Assembly: GCA_963714055.1 (NCBI GenBank)
Contig: OY970227.1
Location: forward strand, 2,933,330 to 2,997,329
Length of the DNA stretch: 64,000 bases
Source of the DNA: an uncultured Acidimicrobiia bacterium
Lineage (GTDB): Bacteria; Actinomycetota; Acidimicrobiia; Spongiisociales; UBA5794
Reading direction: 5' to 3'
Numbering within the stretch: position 1 is the first letter of the stretch; each line of letters starts with the position of its first letter. Below are positions 60,614 through 64,000 of the stretch, piece after piece. The translations under genes and the position numbers were made by a program. The notes below the pieces were generated by a model. The model worked only from the letters and a program-made list of their open reading frames with translations. It did no database searches and was not told where the DNA came from.

Positions 60614-61456
60614 ATGGCCAACGTGTTGCGCGCCGCCATCGTGCAGACCGCCTGGACCGGCGACGTCGACTCGATGATCGAGAAGCACGAGAAGTACGCC
60701 AGGGACGCCGCCAACCAGGGGGCCCGGGCGATGTGCTTCCAGGAGTTGTTCTACGGCCCGTACTTCTGCCAGGTGCAGGACGACGAGCACTTCTCGCTGG
60801 CCGAGCCGATCCCCGACGGTCCCACCACCCAGCGGATGATGGCGCTGGCGAAGGACACCGGGATGGTCCTGTTCGTCCCCATCTTCGAGAAGGAGGACGA
60901 CGGCTTCTACTACAACACCGCCGCCGTCATCGATGCCGACGGCACGTACCTGGGCAAGTACCGCAAGACCCACATCCCCCATGTCGGCGGGTTCTGGGAG
61001 AAGTACTACTTCCGGCCGGGGAACACCGGGTACCCGGTGTTCGACACCGCCGCCGGCAGGCTCGGGATCTACATCTGCTACGACCGGCACTTCCCCGAGG
61101 GGTGGCGGGCGCTGGGCCTGGCCGGGGCCAAGGTGGTGTTCAACCCGTCGGCCACCAGTCGGGGCCTGTCGATGTACCTGTGGAAGCTGGAGCAACCCGC
61201 ATCGGCGGTGGCCAACGAGTACTTCATCGGGGCCATCAACCGGGTTGGCAAGGAGCCATACGGAGAGAACGACTTCTACGGGTCGTCGTACTTCGTCGAC
61301 CCCCGTGGCCAGTTCGTCGGTGAGCCCGCCTCGGACACCGAGGAGGAGCTGGTGGTGCGCGACCTCGACCTCGACATGATCGACACGGTGCGCAAGACCT
61401 GGGCGTTCTATCGCGACCGCCGGCCCGACGCCTACGGCCCGCTGGTGGCGCCGTGA
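60614..61456 (+). CDS. Carbon-nitrogen hydrolase (beta-ureidopropionase / N-carbamoyl-amine amidase family)
   Basis: RBS GAGGAGG. Catalytic E-K-C context CFQELF...RKTH...GIYICYDRHFPE. Confidence 0.8.
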   Translation: MANVLRAAIVQTAWTGDVDSMIEKHEKYARDAANQGARAMCFQELFYGPYFCQVQDDEHFSLAEPIPDGPTTQRMMALAKDTGMVLFVPIFEKEDDGFYYNTAAVIDADGTYLGKYRKTHIPHVGGFWEKYYFRPGNTGYPVFDTAAGRLGIYICYDRHFPEGWRALGLAGAKVVFNPSATSRGLSMYLWKLEQPASAVANEYFIGAINRVGKEPYGENDFYGSSYFVDPRGQFVGEPASDTEEELVVRDLDLDMIDTVRKTWAFYRDRRPDAYGPLVAP

Positions 61457-62760
61457 CCTCAGCGAAGGGGATCCACGCCGAGCTCCATGCCCGTCACCGC
61501 CAGGTGTTGCCGTCGTGGCTGGCGCTCTACTACGAGCAACCGATCGCCCTGGTCGACGGCGACGGCCGGCGGGTGGTGGACGCCGAGGGCAACGAGTACC
61601 TCGACTTCTTCGGCGGCATCCTCACCACCATGACCGGGTACAACGTGCCCGAGATCGTCGCCGCCGTCCAGGAGCAGGCGGGGAAGATGGTCCACACGTC
61701 GACGCTCTACCTCATCGAGCAGCAGGTGGAACTGGCCGAGAAGCTGATCGCCCTGTCGCCGATCCCCGACGCCAAGGTGTTCTTCACCAACTCGGGCACC
61801 GAGGCCAACGACACCGCGCTGATGCTGGCCACCCAGTACCGGCGCTCCAACCAGGTGCTGGCGTTGCGCAACAGCTACCACGGCAAGTCGCATTCCGCCA
61901 TCGCCGTCACCGGCAACCGGTCGTGGTCGGCCACCACGCTGAGCCCGTTCCAGGTGACGTACATCCACGGCGGGTACAAGTACCGCTCGCCGTTCGGGCA
62001 CCTGTCGGACGACGACTTCACCGCCGCCTGCGTCGGTGACCTGCGCGACCTGCTCGCCATCGCCACCGCCGGTGACGTCGCCTGCATGATCGCCGAGCCC
62101 ATCCAGGGTGTCGGCGGTTTCGTGGTGCCGCCCGACGGGTTCTTCGGCGCCATGAAGGAGGTGCTCGACGAGCACGGCATCCTGTTCATCGACGACGAGG
62201 TGCAGACAGGGTGGGGGCGCACCGGGGAGCACTTCTGGGGGATCGACGCCCACGGGGTGGTGCCCGACATGATCACCTTCGCCAAGGGTCTCGGCAACGG
62301 CCTGTCGATGGGTGGGGTGATCGCCCGCGCCGAGATCATGGACTGCGTCAAGGCAAACCACATCTCCACGTTCGGAGGGAACCCGCTGTCGACGGCCGGG
62401 GCGCTGGCCAACCTCGACTACTTGATCACGCATGACCTGCAGGAGAACGCCCACAAGGTCGGTCAGCAGCTCCGCAACGACCTCGACCGGCTGGCAACCG
62501 AGGTGCCCGAGATCGGCGAGGTGAGGGGCAAGGGGCTGATGCTCGGGGTCGAGCTGGTCGAAGCCGGGTCGAAGACGCCCGACGCCGCCATGGCGACGAG
62601 GGTCCTCGAGGCGGCTCGGGACGAGGGGCTGCTCATCGGCAAGGGCGGGCTGTACGGCAACGTGCTGCGCATCGCCCCGCCGCTGAGCCTCACCGCCGAC
62701 GAGGCCACCGAGGGCTTCACCAAGCTCGAGACGGCGGTCAAGGCTGCACAGGAGACGTAG
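61453..62760 (+). CDS. Class III (omega) aminotransferase, PLP-dependent
   Basis: GTGA overlap with the hydrolase gene. SGTEANDTAL...DEVQTGWGRTG...TFAKGLGNG with the PLP lysine. Confidence 0.85.
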   Translation: MTSAKGIHAELHARHRQVLPSWLALYYEQPIALVDGDGRRVVDAEGNEYLDFFGGILTTMTGYNVPEIVAAVQEQAGKMVHTSTLYLIEQQVELAEKLIALSPIPDAKVFFTNSGTEANDTALMLATQYRRSNQVLALRNSYHGKSHSAIAVTGNRSWSATTLSPFQVTYIHGGYKYRSPFGHLSDDDFTAACVGDLRDLLAIATAGDVACMIAEPIQGVGGFVVPPDGFFGAMKEVLDEHGILFIDDEVQTGWGRTGEHFWGIDAHGVVPDMITFAKGLGNGLSMGGVIARAEIMDCVKANHISTFGGNPLSTAGALANLDYLITHDLQENAHKVGQQLRNDLDRLATEVPEIGEVRGKGLMLGVELVEAGSKTPDAAMATRVLEAARDEGLLIGKGGLYGNVLRIAPPLSLTADEATEGFTKLETAVKAAQET

Positions 62761-62877
62761 CGTCGTCGGCTGACGTCGGTCGTGCCGCCGACCGCCGCGA
62801 ATCCGGGAACCAGCTTCCGTCGCGGTTGGTTGTTGGCCACGGTTGTCGAGCCGGCAGGCGAGGAAGGGAGTCCGCAA

Positions 62878-63629
62878 TGGTGATGAACGCGCGGATGCAG
62901 GAGCTGAACACCATGTCGCAGTGGGACTTCAGCGACCTGCGGGCGATGATCGTCAACTGCACGCTGAAGCCGTCGCCGGAGGTGTCCAACACCGCCGGGC
63001 TGCTCGAGATCCCCAAGGCGATCCTCGAGGGCAACGGGGTGGCCATTGACGAGGTGCGCGCCGTCGATCACGAGCTGCCCCCCGGGGTCTACCCCGACAT
63101 GCGGGAGCACGGGTGGGACCGCGACGACTGGCCCGGGCTGTTCAGCCGGGTGGTTGCGGCCGACATCGTGATCGTCGGCACCCCCATCTGGCTGGGGGAG
63201 AAGTCGTCGGTCTGCACCAGGGTGATCGAGCGGCTCTACGGCAACTCGTCGATGCTCAACGAGCACGGCCAGTACGCCTACTACGGCAGGGTGGGCGGGT
63301 GCATCGTCACCGGCAACGAGGACGGCATCAAACACTGTGCGATGAACATCCTCTATTCGCTGCAGCACCTGGGCTTCGTGATCCCCCCGCAGGCCGACGC
63401 CGGCTGGATCGGGGAAGCGGGCCCCGGCCCGTCCTACCTCGACGAAGGCTCGGGTGGTCCGGAGAACGACTTCACCAACCGCAACGCCACCTTCATGACC
63501 TGGAACCTGCTGCACCTCGCCCGGATGCTCAAGGACGCCGGCGGGATGCCCGCCCACGGCAACCAGCGCGCCGGTTGGGACGCCGGGTTCCGCTACGACT
63601 CGCCAAACCCCGAGCACCGGATGACCTGA
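62878..63629 (+). CDS. NAD(P)H-dependent FMN reductase / flavodoxin-like fold protein
   Basis: RBS GAAGGGAG, ATG 62878. MIVNCTLKPSP...ADIVIVGTPIWLGEKSS. Confidence 0.65.
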
Positions 63630-63641
63630 CGCCGGAACCGG

Positions 63642-64000
63642 TCACGCCACCGGGTCGTCGTCGTCGTCCTGGAAGAACACCCGGCGGGCCTTGCCGATCT
63701 CGGGCCGGGGAATGGTGCCCGGGTCCCGGACGTCCACCGCCACCCTGATCCGCACCCGGTCGTGCAGCCGGGCGGCGAGGCGGTCCCGGACCTCGTCCTC
63801 GCGGCCGGCGAGGCCCGTGTCGGCCATCTCGACGCGGGCGATCAGCTCGGGCAGGGTGCGACGGCGGTCGACGATGATGGCATAGGTGCCGGACACCGAG
63901 TCATCGTCGAGCAGCACCTCCTCGATCTCCCTCGGGTAGACGTTGATGCCGCGGATGATGAGCATGTCGTCGGAACGTCCCTCGATCCGGGCGATCCGCC
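63642..64000 (-). CDS. paaK: Phenylacetate-CoA ligase (PaaK-like) C-terminal part; continues beyond the window end
   Basis: MLIIRGINVYPREIEEVLL...ELIARVE...RIRVAVDVRDPGTIPRPEIGKARRVFF is the characteristic PaaK C-terminus. Confidence 0.7.
   Translation of the reverse strand, partial: RIARIEGRSDDMLIIRGINVYPREIEEVLLDDDSVSGTYAIIVDRRRTLPELIARVEMADTGLAGREDEVRDRLAARLHDRVRIRVAVDVRDPGTIPRPEIGKARRVFFQDDDDDPVA

Overview
High-GC (about 70%) actinobacterial chromosomal window, probably Acidimicrobiia/Actinomycetes-like. It is densely coding, with no tRNA, rRNA, CRISPR array, transposase or integrase that I can recognise. Many genes are translationally coupled through ATGA/GTGA overlaps. Gene content from left to right: a P5C-dehydrogenase 3' end; two tandem SH3b-containing MurNAc-L-Ala amidase paralogs; a secreted SNase-LTD nuclease; an MprA/MprB/PepD-like two-component system plus HtrA-type protease coupled to a MoxR-DUF58-VWA module; the glyoxylate shunt operon aceB-aceA with a divergent RamB-like regulator; a LipJ-like hydrolase-cyclase/MsrB/YccF/methyltransferase operon; CHAD, MFS, PQQ-type sugar dehydrogenase, ribokinase and nucleoside hydrolase genes; an archaeal-type NurA-HerA-Mre11(SbcD)-Rad50(SbcC) double-strand-break resection operon; an ABC-2 exporter; an AdnA/AdnB-like helicase-nuclease pair; an OpuA-type betaine ABC importer; an Rv2119-like PD-(D/E)XK nuclease; a TAT-secreted copper amine oxidase; and a second ABC importer next to a CN-hydrolase/aminotransferase/flavin-reductase cluster. 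The most unusual non-coding signal is a family of three paralogous intergenic elements at about 52.1-52.5 kb, 54.76-54.89 kb and 54.98-55.33 kb. Each has a tandem CGCGAAA(A)C direct repeat and a TTGACG-N18-TACGTT promoter-like box. In the two long copies an array of C(UUCG)G-capped hairpins follows, and all three end in a conserved long terminator-like hairpin. This is a candidate undescribed sRNA/regulatory element family. At least seven genes carry single-base frameshifts at G/C runs. The pattern points to assembly indels rather than real pseudogenes, but this cannot be decided from sequence alone.
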